A stretch of 64,000 nucleotides of DNA from an uncultured Gemmatimonadales bacterium (GCA_963795085.1 CAWCFX010000004.1:576001-640000); one strand, 5' to 3'; numbered from the stretch's first letter, positions 1-10,412 are shown. The notes: generated by a model not told the origin, from the letters alone. Made by a program: numbers and translations.

Positions 1-402
1 GCTTAAGGTGTGCGGCTCACTGCTCCCGGCAGTTCCGGCCCACGCGCAGATGACCAGCGCCAGCCATCCGGCCAGGAAGGCGGCTCCACCGAGAGGCGTG
101 ATCATGCCGAAGCGGGCGACGCCAGTGAGGGCGAGCAGGTAGAGACTTCCGGAAAAGAGCACGATGCCGGCCACGAAGAACCAGCCCGCGTACTTCGCCA
201 TGCTCCATCCCCGCGCCTCCAGGTACGCGGTGATGAACAGGGCGAGGGCGTGGTACATCTGGTAGCGGGCCCCGGTTTCGAAGGCGGCGAGGTGTTCCGG
301 GGATATATGAGATTTGAGGGCATGGGCGCCGAAGGCGCCGGCGCCCACTGCGATGAACGCGCTCAACGCACCCAGGAAGGTAAAGAGGCCGGAGCGGCTC
401 AT
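1..402 (-). CDS. DUF423 (YgdD/TMEM256-like) small membrane protein, 3' end runs off the window
   Basis: Not in the ORF track. Manual translation from ATG 402, which overlaps the upstream stop (ATGA), gives MSRSGLFTFLGALSAFIAVGAGAFGAHAL...FETGARYQMYHALAL...GIVLFSGSLY...ITPLGG. These are hallmark DUF423 motifs. The frame stays open to base 1. Confidence 0.9.
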   Translation of the reverse strand, partial: MSRSGLFTFLGALSAFIAVGAGAFGAHALKSHISPEHLAAFETGARYQMYHALALFITAYLEARGWSMAKYAGWFFVAGIVLFSGSLYLLALTGVARFGMITPLGGAAFLAGWLALVICAWAGTAGSSEPHTLS

Positions 403-1076
403 GCGGGTGAGGCCGGCGGGCTCCGGTCGGCCCAGGCTGCCAGGGCGGCCAGTCCGAGAGTTCCCGCGATGGTCACGATCCCCACGGCCTGCAGGCTGGG
501 CGGCGGCGGGCTGAGGAGGCTCACGGCGTACAAAGCCACCAGGATGCCGGCAAGCAGGAGAACCCGGTTCGATCCGGCGGGGTGCCGGGCCCGGCGCCAC
601 CGCATGTAAATGACCAGCCCGGCTCCGAAGAGCACCGTCTCCAGGGCCAGTGTTGCGGCCAGGTGCCGCCAGAGGCCGAACCCAACCTTGGCCGTGGTGT
701 CACCGGCCAGGGGAAGGTCCGGCAGGTGCACGAGGAGATCCAGGAACCAGTGGGAGGCGACCGCGACCCCGGCGATGACCGCTTTCAGCCGGTGGTGCCG
801 GCTGGTGTCCCGGGTCGGCCAGGAGTACATGATGGCCGCGATGAGCAATCCCCAACCGAAGGCCGCCACCAGGCTGTGGGACAGCGGATAGCTGGTGAAC
901 TCCAGCGGGGTGACGGGGGTGAGACCGGGGACGATCCGGGCCGATTCCCATCCGGCCAGGAGAAAGGCGCCCCACGCGGTGTCCACCAGCGCGACCGAGA
1001 AAAACAGGGTCCCGAGTGACAGGCGCGGCTCGGCCCGCTTGAGCGCCAGCGCGACACCGTAGTGGCCGAGAAACAT
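399..1076 (-). CDS. Membrane-bound metal-dependent hydrolase-like protein
   Basis: MFLGHYGVALA...YPLSHSL...SHWFLDLLVH.PDLP conserved His/Asp pattern with multiple TM segments. ATG 1076 is preceded by AAAGAGG. Confidence 0.7.
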   Translation of the reverse strand: MFLGHYGVALALKRAEPRLSLGTLFFSVALVDTAWGAFLLAGWESARIVPGLTPVTPLEFTSYPLSHSLVAAFGWGLLIAAIMYSWPTRDTSRHHRLKAVIAGVAVASHWFLDLLVHLPDLPLAGDTTAKVGFGLWRHLAATLALETVLFGAGLVIYMRWRRARHPAGSNRVLLLAGILVALYAVSLLSPPPPSLQAVGIVTIAGTLGLAALAAWADRSPPASPA

Positions 1077-1092
1077 GGGGCCTCTTTCCGTC

Positions 1093-1992
1093 TCAGGAGG
1101 TAGGTTCGAGCACTCCCATGCCCATGGCATGATAGCCGTTGTCCACGTACACCACCGAGCCGGTGATCGCTCCGCCGAGCGGACTGCAGAGGAATGCGGC
1201 GGCATGGCCGACATCCGCCGCTTCGATAGGACGGGGGAGGGGAGAGTTGGCGCTGGTGTACGTGATCATCGTATCGATAAAGCCGATCGCCGACGCAGCG
1301 CGGGAAGCCCAGGGGCCGGCCGAGATGGCGTTGACCCGGACTCCAAAACGCCGCCCCGCCTCGAAGGCCAGGGTACGGGTATCCGCTTCCAGGGCCGCCT
1401 TGGCGCTTGACATGCCGCCGCCGTACCCCGGGATCACCCGTACCCCGGCCATGTAGGTCAGGGAGAGAAACGATCCGCCCGGCCGCATGAGCGGGCTCAA
1501 CTCCCGGACCAGCGAAACATTGCTGTAGGCGCTCACGCTCACTGCCGCCAGGTAGCCTTCTCGGCTGGTGTCGATCAGCGGCTTCCTGACTTCGGGCGCG
1601 TTGGCGAGGCTATGCACGACAATGTCCAGGGGCTGGTCACCGAAATCGTTCCGCAGCCGGCTGGTCATGCCCTGGACGCTGAAATCGCCCACCTCGCGGT
1701 AGCGCTTGTTCTCCCGGACCTCGGCGGGAGCATCCTCCAGCGTGTCGTAGGCGGCGTCGAGCGGGTAGATCCGCTCGAACTGCATCCGGGACCCATCGGC
1801 CAGGGTCATGGATTCGTCCATTTTGCCCCGCTCGAGCAGCTTCTCGAAGATGCCGAGGGCGGGGGGCCAGCTGCCGACGCAGATCGTGGCCCCAGCTTCG
1901 GCCAAGGACTTGGCGATGGCGAATCCGAACCCGCCGTCATCAGAAACTCCGGCGATCAGGGCGCGTTTTCCCGTGAGGTCAATGGCAAGCAT
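1093..1992 (-). CDS. fabI: Enoyl-ACP reductase, Chlamydia/plastid-type
   Basis: [25 protein letters not shown], catalytic [25 protein letters not shown]. Carries the long insertion (IYPLDA...ENKRY) typical of plant/chlamydial ENR. Confidence 0.92.
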   Translation of the reverse strand: MLAIDLTGKRALIAGVSDDGGFGFAIAKSLAEAGATICVGSWPPALGIFEKLLERGKMDESMTLADGSRMQFERIYPLDAAYDTLEDAPAEVRENKRYREVGDFSVQGMTSRLRNDFGDQPLDIVVHSLANAPEVRKPLIDTSREGYLAAVSVSAYSNVSLVRELSPLMRPGGSFLSLTYMAGVRVIPGYGGGMSSAKAALEADTRTLAFEAGRRFGVRVNAISAGPWASRAASAIGFIDTMITYTSANSPLPRPIEAADVGHAAAFLCSPLGGAITGSVVYVDNGYHAMGMGVLEPTS

Positions 1993-2209
1993 GACGATGT
2001 GTCTCCCGGCTGTCGTAAGGAAGTCCGACCAAGATAATAGGATGGGGCCGCCTTCCCTCTTGCCCCGCCCGTTCGGTCATCGAGCACAATATTCACGGGA
2101 GGAAGAAGATCAAGGCCATGATCCGGGATGGGGTTTGGATTACCTGCGGGCCTGATCCGGGTGCCGGCACGTGGGGCCGCGATTGACCGGCATCCCGGTC
2201 CCCGGCCGG

Positions 2210-4777
2210 TCACTCGGCCCGCAGCACCTCCAGCGGCGTGTTGCGGAGCACCTCGGTGCTGTTGAGGAGGCCGACGGAGACCGTGAGCGCCAGCATCCCC
2301 AGGGCGAGGCCGGTGAGCGGCAGGGCGGGGAAGGCGAAGGACGACTCGAAAACGTAGCGCATCAGCAGCCACCCGGCGCCGGTGGAGAGGAGCAGCGCCA
2401 GGGCCACGGCCAGCATGCCCAGGAACAGGTATTCCACGAAGAGGATGTGGAGGATCTGCTTTCGCGTGGCGCCCAGCGTTTTGAGCAGGACCCCCTCGCG
2501 AACCCGCTGGTACCGGCTGGTCGCCACGGCACCGATCAGCACGATCGCGCCGGTCGCCAGGCTGAACAGCGCCATGAAACGGATGACCAGGACCACCTTG
2601 TCAATCAGGCCCTCGATGGAGGCCTGGATCTGGGTCAGGTCCAGCGAGGTGATGTTGGGATATTGCTCCACCACCCGGCGCTGGATCACGCCCCGCTCGG
2701 CAGCCTCCGCAACCCGGGTCAGCAGCACGAACATCTGGGGAGCCTCGTTGAGAGGGCCATCCGGAAAGACGACAAAGAAGTTGGGCTCCATCCGGGCCCA
2801 GTTGACCTCACGCAGGTTGGCGACACGGGTAGTGATGGGGAGGCCCTGTACGTCCCACATAATCGTATCGCCGACCGTGACGTCAATGTCGCCGGCCACC
2901 TCGACTTCCATGGAGATCGGTACCACGCCTCCCATCCCGTCCCCCGGCTTCCACCAGTCGCCCAGGACCATTTTTTCCGATCCGACGAGGGTGTCCCGGT
3001 AGGTGGACCGGAATTCCCTCCGTAGCGCCCAGCGTCCCATCGGCGCCCCGGTGGAAGTGACCGCGTTGGTGTCGGCGAGGATCTCCCGCACCGGACGCCC
3101 CTTCACCGAGAGCAGGCGCATCGGGATGATGGGCACCGCGGGCTGGATCTCCTGCCCCGCGCCCGCGAGGGTGGCCTCGACCCCGGCCTTCTGGCCGGGC
3201 TGAATATCGAAGAGGACGAGATTGGGCCGCGGGCCGGTCCCGCCGAAACGGAACTCCCGGAGCAAATTGGACTGGACCAGGTAGAGGGTGCTGAGCAGGA
3301 AGGCGCCGAAGCCGAGCGACAACATCACCACCACGGTCTGGTTGGCCGGCCGGTAGAGGTTCGCGAGTCCCTGGCGCCAGAGGTAGGGCAGGCCCGAGGG
3401 AAACCAGCGCCGGAGAATGCGGATGAGCGCCAGGGCGGCCAGGGCCAGCACGCCGAGCACGATGCCGATCGAGGCCGTGAAGACCGCCCCGGAAACCAGG
3501 TTCCCGACCTGGATGGCTGCCAGCGCCGCGACCGCGACGACCATGAGCAGATACAGAGGCAGTCGTTTCCAGAGGCGCCGTTTTCCGCCTGCCGACTCGA
3601 AGTCCCGGCGCAGCACCACGAGCGGCGACACCTCCCGGATGGCCAGCAACGGCAGCAGGGCAAAAATGCTGGCTACCACGAGCCCGGTGGAGATGCCGAG
3701 CCCTACCGCCGGCCAGGAAACCGCGAACTCCACGTCCACCGGCAGGAAATCCTGGAACAGGAGTGGCAGCCCCGTCTGCAGTCCCACGCCGAGCAGCGCG
3801 CCCGCCACGCTCCCCAGGAGGCCCATGGCCGCAGCCTGGACGAGATACACCGCCACCAGCCTCCTGGAACTTGCTCCGAGGCAGCGGAGGATGGCGATGG
3901 TGTCGATCTTCCGGCGAATGAAGACATGGACCGCGCTGGCCACCCCCAGGCCGCCCAGCAGCAGCGCCACCAGCGCCACCAGGCCGAGGTAGCGGCCCAG
4001 CTGGTCCAGCGTTTCGTCCAGGTCGCGCTCGTCGTCGGCGACGGTCCGCACGGTGACCCGCTCCCCGGTCAGGATACCGCGCAGCCGCTCCGCGGCGGTT
4101 CCCGGGTCGCCGGACTCCAGCTGGATGAACCGCTCGTACTCCGCGCGGGAGCCCGTCACCAGGAGGCGAGTCGCCGCGACCGCCTCGCCCGGGATGAAGA
4201 TGCGGGGGCCAAAGGCGCTCCGGACACCGACATCGCCCGGAACATCCACGATGATGCCGGTGATCTGGAAGCGGGCTTCGCCGAGTGACAGCGAGTCGCC
4301 AATCCGGGCGCTCAAGGCCGCGAGCAGGGTCGCGTCCACCAGGACGTGGCGTCCCGACTGGAGGGCGTCCCAGGCCGGGGCGGGGTCGGTGCGGATCCGC
4401 CCGTAGAACGGATAGCCGCCGGTGATGGCCGCGACCTGCACCAGGCGGGTGCCTTCGGTGCGGGGTACGTAGGCCATCGCCGAGAAGCTGGTGACCAGGG
4501 CGGCCCGGGCGCAGGATGCCGCGGCGCAGCCGGCAACCGAATCGATGGCCGCATTGGCGCGGGGAGAAAACGGCGCCCGGGCCCGGACCGCGAGGTCGGC
4601 CCCCAGCAGGGACTGGGCCTGGCTGGCGACCGCGCTCCGCATGTTCGCGGTAAAGGAGTTGAGCGCCACCAGGGCTCCCACCCCGACCGTAACCGAGGCG
4701 GTCAGCAGGAGCAACCGGCGCTTGGCAGCCCGGCTTTCCCGCCAGGCCATGGCGAAGACGAAGCCGAGGCGGGTCAC
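2210..4777 (-). CDS. ybbP: ABC transporter permease, YbbP-like (double FtsX/MacB-type)
   Basis: 855 aa with two FtsX-type TM blocks (IAILRCLGAS; VLLKTLGAT), GYPFYG and PNFFVVF. Coupled to the adjacent ATPase. Confidence 0.88.
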   Translation of the reverse strand: MTRLGFVFAMAWRESRAAKRRLLLLTASVTVGVGALVALNSFTANMRSAVASQAQSLLGADLAVRARAPFSPRANAAIDSVAGCAAASCARAALVTSFSAMAYVPRTEGTRLVQVAAITGGYPFYGRIRTDPAPAWDALQSGRHVLVDATLLAALSARIGDSLSLGEARFQITGIIVDVPGDVGVRSAFGPRIFIPGEAVAATRLLVTGSRAEYERFIQLESGDPGTAAERLRGILTGERVTVRTVADDERDLDETLDQLGRYLGLVALVALLLGGLGVASAVHVFIRRKIDTIAILRCLGASSRRLVAVYLVQAAAMGLLGSVAGALLGVGLQTGLPLLFQDFLPVDVEFAVSWPAVGLGISTGLVVASIFALLPLLAIREVSPLVVLRRDFESAGGKRRLWKRLPLYLLMVVAVAALAAIQVGNLVSGAVFTASIGIVLGVLALAALALIRILRRWFPSGLPYLWRQGLANLYRPANQTVVVMLSLGFGAFLLSTLYLVQSNLLREFRFGGTGPRPNLVLFDIQPGQKAGVEATLAGAGQEIQPAVPIIPMRLLSVKGRPVREILADTNAVTSTGAPMGRWALRREFRSTYRDTLVGSEKMVLGDWWKPGDGMGGVVPISMEVEVAGDIDVTVGDTIMWDVQGLPITTRVANLREVNWARMEPNFFVVFPDGPLNEAPQMFVLLTRVAEAAERGVIQRRVVEQYPNITSLDLTQIQASIEGLIDKVVLVIRFMALFSLATGAIVLIGAVATSRYQRVREGVLLKTLGATRKQILHILFVEYLFLGMLAVALALLLSTGAGWLLMRYVFESSFAFPALPLTGLALGMLALTVSVGLLNSTEVLRNTPLEVLRAE

Positions 4778-5442
4778 GCGGCACCGTCGGAGACCATCCG
4801 GCCATCCGCCAGCCGGATGACGCGGTGGGCCCGGGAGGCGAGTTCGTGATCGTGGGTGACCAGTACCAGGGTGGTCCCCAGCTCCCGGTTCAGCTCGGCC
4901 ATCAGGCCGATCACGGTGGCGCCGGTCGCGGCGTCCAGGTTCCCGGTGGGTTCGTCGGCGAACAGGATCCGGGGCCGGTTGCTGAAGGCCCGGGCCAATG
5001 CCACCCGCTGCTGCTCTCCGCCCGAGAGCTGGGCCGGATAGTGATGTCCCCGGTCGGCCAGGCCCACCCGGGCGAGCAGCTCGGTCGCCCGCGCCCCGGC
5101 ATCCTCGCCTCGCAGTTCCAGGGGCACTTGCACGTTTTCCCTCGCGGTCAGCGTGGGAATCAGGTGGAACGACTGGAAGACGAAGCCCACTTTTTCACCG
5201 CGGAGCCGGGCCCGCTGGTCTTCGGTCATCCCGGTCAGATCCAGGCCGTCGAGCAGGACCCGCCCTCGCCGGGGGCGGTCCAGGCCCGCCAGCAGGCCCA
5301 GCAGCGTGGTTTTCCCGCTTCCGGAGGGTCCCACGATGGCCAGGAACCCGCCGTCCTCGAGTTCGAAGCTGATATCCTCCAGCACGGTCAGTTCCCGGCC
5401 GCCCGAGAGATAAGTCTGGGTCAGAGATTCACAGCGAAGCAT
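4774..5442 (-). CDS. ybbA: ABC transporter ATP-binding protein, YbbA/LolD-like
   Basis: Walker A GPSGSGKT, signature LSGGEQQRV, Walker B FADEPTGNLD, VTHD. Confidence 0.92.
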   Translation of the reverse strand: MLRCESLTQTYLSGGRELTVLEDISFELEDGGFLAIVGPSGSGKTTLLGLLAGLDRPRRGRVLLDGLDLTGMTEDQRARLRGEKVGFVFQSFHLIPTLTARENVQVPLELRGEDAGARATELLARVGLADRGHHYPAQLSGGEQQRVALARAFSNRPRILFADEPTGNLDAATGATVIGLMAELNRELGTTLVLVTHDHELASRAHRVIRLADGRMVSDGAA

Positions 5443-5622
5443 CGATATCCTGGAGGTACGAGGTCGGGGGATTCCATCGAGCCGGAATGATACTGCCGGA
5501 GTCCATACGCACCATATATAGTGAAGGCTTCATGCCGGTGGCGGCGCCCAACGGGAGCTCCCGGCGGGGCGTATTGGGGCAGGTCTGCGCCCGTCCGTCC
5601 ACCACCTGTACCCGGTCGTCTC

Positions 5623-8600
5623 ATGTATCGTTCCGTATGTACGCTCCTCTCCCTCCTGGCGCTGGCTCCGGCGATTCCCGCGGCGGCCCAGATCGGGGCG
5701 GCCACCGACATCATCACCGGACAGGTGACCGACTCCACCGGGCGGCCGCTGGCCGAGGCGGTGGTAGAAGCGCTGTCTCTGGAGACCCAGGTGATGCGGA
5801 CCGCCAAGACCAACGGGAGCGGCCGCTTCACCATCCTCTTTTCGGACGGCGGCGGACAGTACCGGATGACGGCCCGCTCGATCGGGATGAGCCCGTTCAG
5901 CGCGACGCTGTTCCGCCAGGGCGAGGAGGACCGGCTGGTCTGGAACGTCCGGCTGAGCAGCCGCCCGGTCGTGCTCGACGAGATTACCATCCGGGGGGGG
6001 CCTCGTCCGGTGATCAATCCCGACCGGCCCACCGCCGGGTCCACCGAGCGGAGCCTGACCCCCGACGCGCTGTCCCGGCTGCCCTTCGACCCCACCGATC
6101 TCAACCTGCTGGCCACCCTGGTGCCGGGCGTCGTCGGCCTCGCGGGCAGCGACAGCACCGCCGCCGCCTTTTCCGTAGCGGGGCTCGGGCCGGAGGCCAA
6201 TGCGCTCACGCTGGACGGGCTTCTGTTCGGCACCGGCCTGGTTCCGCAGGAAGGGATCCGCAATACCCGGGTGATCACCAACACCTATGACGTGGCGCGG
6301 GGCCAGTTCAGCGGAGGCCTGGTGTCGGTCACCACCCGGAGCGGCAGCAACGTGGTGCAGGGGACCGCGAACTACTCCCTCCGCGACCAGGCCCTGTCGG
6401 CCGGCGCGGACGACTCGCCCTTCGGGCAGGCGTATAACCAGCAGACGCTGAGCGGGGGGATCGGCGGGCCGCTCCGCCACGACCGTTTCTTCGGGTTCGT
6501 CTCCGGCCAGGCGCGGCTGCGAGATGACCAGACGCTGTCGCTGCTCTCCGCCAACCCGGTCGACCTGGGCCGGCTGGGCGTTGCGCCCGACTCGGTGGAC
6601 CGGTTCATCGGGCTGGTGGGCGCCGAGGGCCTCTCGCCGGTCACCGACAGCAGCGGGAACCGCTCCAGCGACAACCTGAGCGCGCTGTTGCGGCTGGACT
6701 ACCTGATCTCCAACGCGCACACGCTGACGCTCCGGGGCGACTGGCAGGGCACCAGCCAGGATCCGACCCGGATCAGTTCCGTGGCCCTGCCCCAGACCGG
6801 CGGGATATCCAGTTCCTCGAGCGGCGGGGGCATGGCGACGCTGACCTCCCGGTTTGGCGCCGCGGTCATCAATGAAGCCCGGGTGTACCTCTCCGGGGCG
6901 CAGAACGACGGGACCCCGTTTCAGCCGCTGCCTTCCGGCCGGGTCCAGGTGGCTTCCGACTTTCCTGACGGAACTCAGGGCATCACCACGCTGGGTTTCG
7001 GCGGCAATACATCGCTGCCCCGCGAAAGCAGCACCAGCGGCCGGGAAGCGGCCAACGAGATCTCCTGGCTCCCGGGCGACGCCAGTCACCGGATCAAGCT
7101 GGGCGGCCTCTGGAGCCAGCGCCGGTCAACCGACGTGGTGGCGGCCAACCAGTATGGCACCTTCAGCTACAATTCGCTGGCCGACTTCGAAGCGGGCCAG
7201 CCGGCTTCGTTTACCCGCACGCTGGCGCCGATCCGGCGCACCTCGTCCTCGGATGAGTTTGCGCTCTATGCCGGTGATACCTGGAGGCTCAGCTCCGCCT
7301 GGCAGCTCACCTACGGGCTGCGCTGGGAGGCCACCGGACTCGGCAACGCACCGGCCTACAACCCGGCCGTGGACTCGGTTTTCGGGCGCCGCACCGACCG
7401 CTTCCCGGCCGACCGCCACCTGAGCCCCCGCATCGGCTTCAACTACATGGTGGGAACCGGCGGGGGCCTGCCCTCCCTGGTCATCCGTGGCGGAGTGGGT
7501 GAGTTCCGCAGCCAGATCGCCTCGCGGCTGGGGGCCTCCGCGGTGAGCGCGACCGGGCTCCCCAACTCCGAGGGCCAGATCTTCTGCGTCGGTGCCGACG
7601 TGCCCACACCCGACTGGGCCGCCTACCACCAGGACCCGTCAACGATTCCGGCCAGTTGCCTCGGCAGTGGAGGCCCGGCGAACCCGGCTCCCAGGAACGT
7701 GACGGTATTCGGCGAGGATTTCGGCGCTCCCCGGGCCTGGCGCAGTTCCCTCGGTGTCCAGAAAACGTTGACCGGCCTGATCCGGTTAACGGCGGACGCG
7801 AGCTACTCCCGGGGGGGGAGCCAGACCGGGTACCGGGAACTCAACCTGCGCAGCCAGCCGGCCTTTACCCTGGCGGCGGAGGGAAACCGCCCGGTGTTCA
7901 GTCCGGCCGCGGGTATCGTCCCAGAGACCGGCACGGTGCCGTTCACCGCCTCCCGGGCCGACTCTTCGTTCGGGCACGTGCTGGAGATCGGATCGGGAAT
8001 GGAATCGGAGGCGCTGCAGTTCTCGGTTGGCCTGACCGGAGTGACCCGCTCGGGAATCATCTTCAACGGGTCCTACACCTGGGCCAGCGCCCGGGATGCG
8101 GTGACCGGGATCGGGATGGGTCCGGAGGGGGGCAGCACGGCCGGCGATCCCAATGCCGGCCAGTGGGCTTCCAGCTCCTTTCAGCGGCGCCATTCCATTC
8201 TGCTCACGGCGATGGTTCCCCTCGGGCGGTCGCTGGAGCTGACGACCATCACCCGCCTTACCTCGGGCGCGCCGTTCACTCCGCTGGTGGGGTCGGATAT
8301 CAACGGCGATGGCTACCGAAACGACCAGGCTTTCATCTTCGGCGCCAACGCGCCGGCTGCCGTGGCGGCCGGCATGGCGAACCTCCTGGAAAATGCCTCG
8401 GGGCGGGTCCGGGCATGCCTGGAGTCCCAGGCGGGCAGGGTGGCCGATCGCAACAGCTGCAACGGGCCGTGGCAGCCCTCGCTGGACCTGCAACTGAACT
8501 GGCGACCCGCGTTCTGGGGACTCAATCGCAAGCTTTCCCTCCAGCTGGTTACCGTGAACATGCTGGGCGGGCTGGACCAGCTCCTTCATGGCAGCGACAA

Positions 8601-9234
8601 TCTCCACGGCTGGGGACAGAACACCCGGCCCGACCCGACGTTACTGTACGTGACCGGATTCGATTCCGGCAACCAGGCGTTTACCTACGCGGTAAACGAG
8701 CGGTTCGGGGCGGCCAACAGCAGCGCCAGCGCGTTCCGGTCGCCCTTCCAGATCGGGATCCAGGCCCGCATTACGATTGGTCCCGACCGCACCCGGCAGG
8801 CCATTGACGGGCTGCGCGGAGGCCGGGGCGGCGGCGGGGAGGGAGGGGGTCGCGGATTCGACCGGGAAACCATGATGCAGCGGCTGCGGGAGGCCTGGGT
8901 CAATCCGGCCCGCGGCGTCCTCGACCTCAAAGACACGCTGCAGCTCAGCGAAGCGCAGACCCTGGCGATTACCGCGCTGGCGGACTCGGTGCAGGGGAAA
9001 CAGGAGGCGCTGATCACGGCATTGTCCCGCCAGCTCGAGGAGGGCGGCTCCGGCGGCGACCCGCAGCGGATGATGGCTGCCCTGCAGCCCCTGTTCCAGG
9101 AGGGCATGACCACCACCCGCGACGCGGTCCAGCGGCTCCAGTCCCTGTTGACGCCGGACCAATGGGCCCGGGTACCGGAAACCATAAAGAACCCGGTGGG
9201 ACGTTTCGGCGGGCGGGGACGGCCTCCGCAATGA
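5623..9234 (+). CDS. Oar-like TonB-dependent receptor with N-terminal carboxypeptidase-regulatory-like domain and C-terminal helical extension
   Basis: Signal peptide from ATG 5623 (AAA-Q). CarboxypepD_reg-like ITGQVTDSTG. Plug motif YDVARGQFSGG..TRSGSN. Barrel motifs LTYGLRWE and SPRIGFNY. Confidence 0.8.
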   Translation: MYRSVCTLLSLLALAPAIPAAAQIGAATDIITGQVTDSTGRPLAEAVVEALSLETQVMRTAKTNGSGRFTILFSDGGGQYRMTARSIGMSPFSATLFRQGEEDRLVWNVRLSSRPVVLDEITIRGGPRPVINPDRPTAGSTERSLTPDALSRLPFDPTDLNLLATLVPGVVGLAGSDSTAAAFSVAGLGPEANALTLDGLLFGTGLVPQEGIRNTRVITNTYDVARGQFSGGLVSVTTRSGSNVVQGTANYSLRDQALSAGADDSPFGQAYNQQTLSGGIGGPLRHDRFFGFVSGQARLRDDQTLSLLSANPVDLGRLGVAPDSVDRFIGLVGAEGLSPVTDSSGNRSSDNLSALLRLDYLISNAHTLTLRGDWQGTSQDPTRISSVALPQTGGISSSSSGGGMATLTSRFGAAVINEARVYLSGAQNDGTPFQPLPSGRVQVASDFPDGTQGITTLGFGGNTSLPRESSTSGREAANEISWLPGDASHRIKLGGLWSQRRSTDVVAANQYGTFSYNSLADFEAGQPASFTRTLAPIRRTSSSDEFALYAGDTWRLSSAWQLTYGLRWEATGLGNAPAYNPAVDSVFGRRTDRFPADRHLSPRIGFNYMVGTGGGLPSLVIRGGVGEFRSQIASRLGASAVSATGLPNSEGQIFCVGADVPTPDWAAYHQDPSTIPASCLGSGGPANPAPRNVTVFGEDFGAPRAWRSSLGVQKTLTGLIRLTADASYSRGGSQTGYRELNLRSQPAFTLAAEGNRPVFSPAAGIVPETGTVPFTASRADSSFGHVLEIGSGMESEALQFSVGLTGVTRSGIIFNGSYTWASARDAVTGIGMGPEGGSTAGDPNAGQWASSSFQRRHSILLTAMVPLGRSLELTTITRLTSGAPFTPLVGSDINGDGYRNDQAFIFGANAPAAVAAGMANLLENASGRVRACLESQAGRVADRNSCNGPWQPSLDLQLNWRPAFWGLNRKLSLQLVTVNMLGGLDQLLHGSDNLHGWGQNTRPDPTLLYVTGFDSGNQAFTYAVNERFGAANSSASAFRSPFQIGIQARITIGPDRTRQAIDGLRGGRGGGGEGGGRGFDRETMMQRLREAWVNPARGVLDLKDTLQLSEAQTLAITALADSVQGKQEALITALSRQLEEGGSGGDPQRMMAALQPLFQEGMTTTRDAVQRLQSLLTPDQWARVPETIKNPVGRFGGRGRPPQ

Positions 9235-9929
9235 CCGGGCGGCCGTGGAATACCGGGATCCTGATGGCCCTCCTGGCATGCTCGGGGCAGGAGCAGCCGC
9301 GCGCCCAGCCGGACGCCACCGACCGGCAACCCGTTCCCCCCGTGACCGCGGCCCGGCCCACAATCGTCTTCCTGGGGACCAGTATCACGGCCGGGCTGGG
9401 GCTGGATCCCGCGCAGGCCTACCCGGCCCTCATCCAGGATCGGCTGGATTCGCTGGGCCTTGGCTACGAGGTGATCAACGCGGGAGTAAGCGGCGAGACA
9501 TCGGCGGGGGCCCTGGCGAGGATCGGCTGGGTGCTGCGGCAGCAGCCGGCCGTACTGGTCCTCGAGACCGGCGCCAACGACGGACTCCGCGGCCAGCCGG
9601 CGGACGCGATCGCCGGGAATATCCAGGCCATCATTGACCGCACCCGGGAACTATCACCCACCACGGCGATCATCCTGGCGGGCATGCAGGCGCTCCCCAA
9701 CCTCGGCAACCGCTACGTGCGCGGTTTCGTGGCGATCTACCCCGAACTGGCCCGGTCGAACGGGCTGCCCCTGGTGCCGTTCATCCTCGAGGGCGTGGGG
9801 GGCGTGGACTCACTCAACCAGTCCGACGGCATTCATCCCACGCCCGCCGGGCAGCGCATCGTCGCGGACAATGTCTGGAGAGTCCTGGAGCCGGTCCTGC
9901 GCTCCCGGCCTCCGGATTCGCCTGCCTGA
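9231..9929 (+). CDS. tesA: SGNH/GDSL arylesterase (TesA-like), probable lipoprotein
   Basis: Lipobox-like LLAC. Blocks FLGTSITAG, NAGVSGETS, GANDG and DGIHP. ATG overlaps the receptor stop (ATGA). Confidence 0.88.
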   Translation: MTGRPWNTGILMALLACSGQEQPRAQPDATDRQPVPPVTAARPTIVFLGTSITAGLGLDPAQAYPALIQDRLDSLGLGYEVINAGVSGETSAGALARIGWVLRQQPAVLVLETGANDGLRGQPADAIAGNIQAIIDRTRELSPTTAIILAGMQALPNLGNRYVRGFVAIYPELARSNGLPLVPFILEGVGGVDSLNQSDGIHPTPAGQRIVADNVWRVLEPVLRSRPPDSPA

Positions 9930-9940
9930 CCGCGGCCCGG

Positions 9941-10411
9941 CTACTCCTGGATGGAGAGCCGGGGTACGTCGGTGTCCTTCCCGCCCTCCCGCAGGTGCTG
10001 GCGCGCCTGCTTCGCCATCTCCAGGTAGACCCGCTGAAAACGGGACAGCTCCTCCGACGAGAGTTCCTCGAGGTCCAGCAGGGCGGTGTGGGCGCCTTTA
10101 TGCGACCGGATCAGCTCGTCCAGCTTGAGGTGGATCGCCACGGTATCCCGGTTCTGGGTGTTCTGGATCAGGAACACCATCAGGAAGGTGACGATGGTCG
10201 TGCCGGTGTTAATGACCAGCTGCCAGGTGTCGCTGAAGTGAAAGAGCGGGCCGGTGACGGCCCAGGCCAGGATGATCCCCGCGGCGCCGATAAAGGCGAT
10301 GGGCCGCCCGGACGTGCGGGCGGCCCATTTCGCGAACCTGGTGAAGGGATCCCGCCGGCCGAGCGAGGTGGGCCGCGGCTCCACGGTGAGTTCTCGGACT
10401 TTTCTGGGCAT
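9941..10411 (-). CDS. Low-affinity iron permease family protein
   Basis: FSDTWQLVINTGTTIVTFLMVFLIQNTQNRD..AIHLKLDELI signature. Confidence 0.9.
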   Translation of the reverse strand: MPRKVRELTVEPRPTSLGRRDPFTRFAKWAARTSGRPIAFIGAAGIILAWAVTGPLFHFSDTWQLVINTGTTIVTFLMVFLIQNTQNRDTVAIHLKLDELIRSHKGAHTALLDLEELSSEELSRFQRVYLEMAKQARQHLREGGKDTDVPRLSIQE

Positions 10412-10412
10412 T

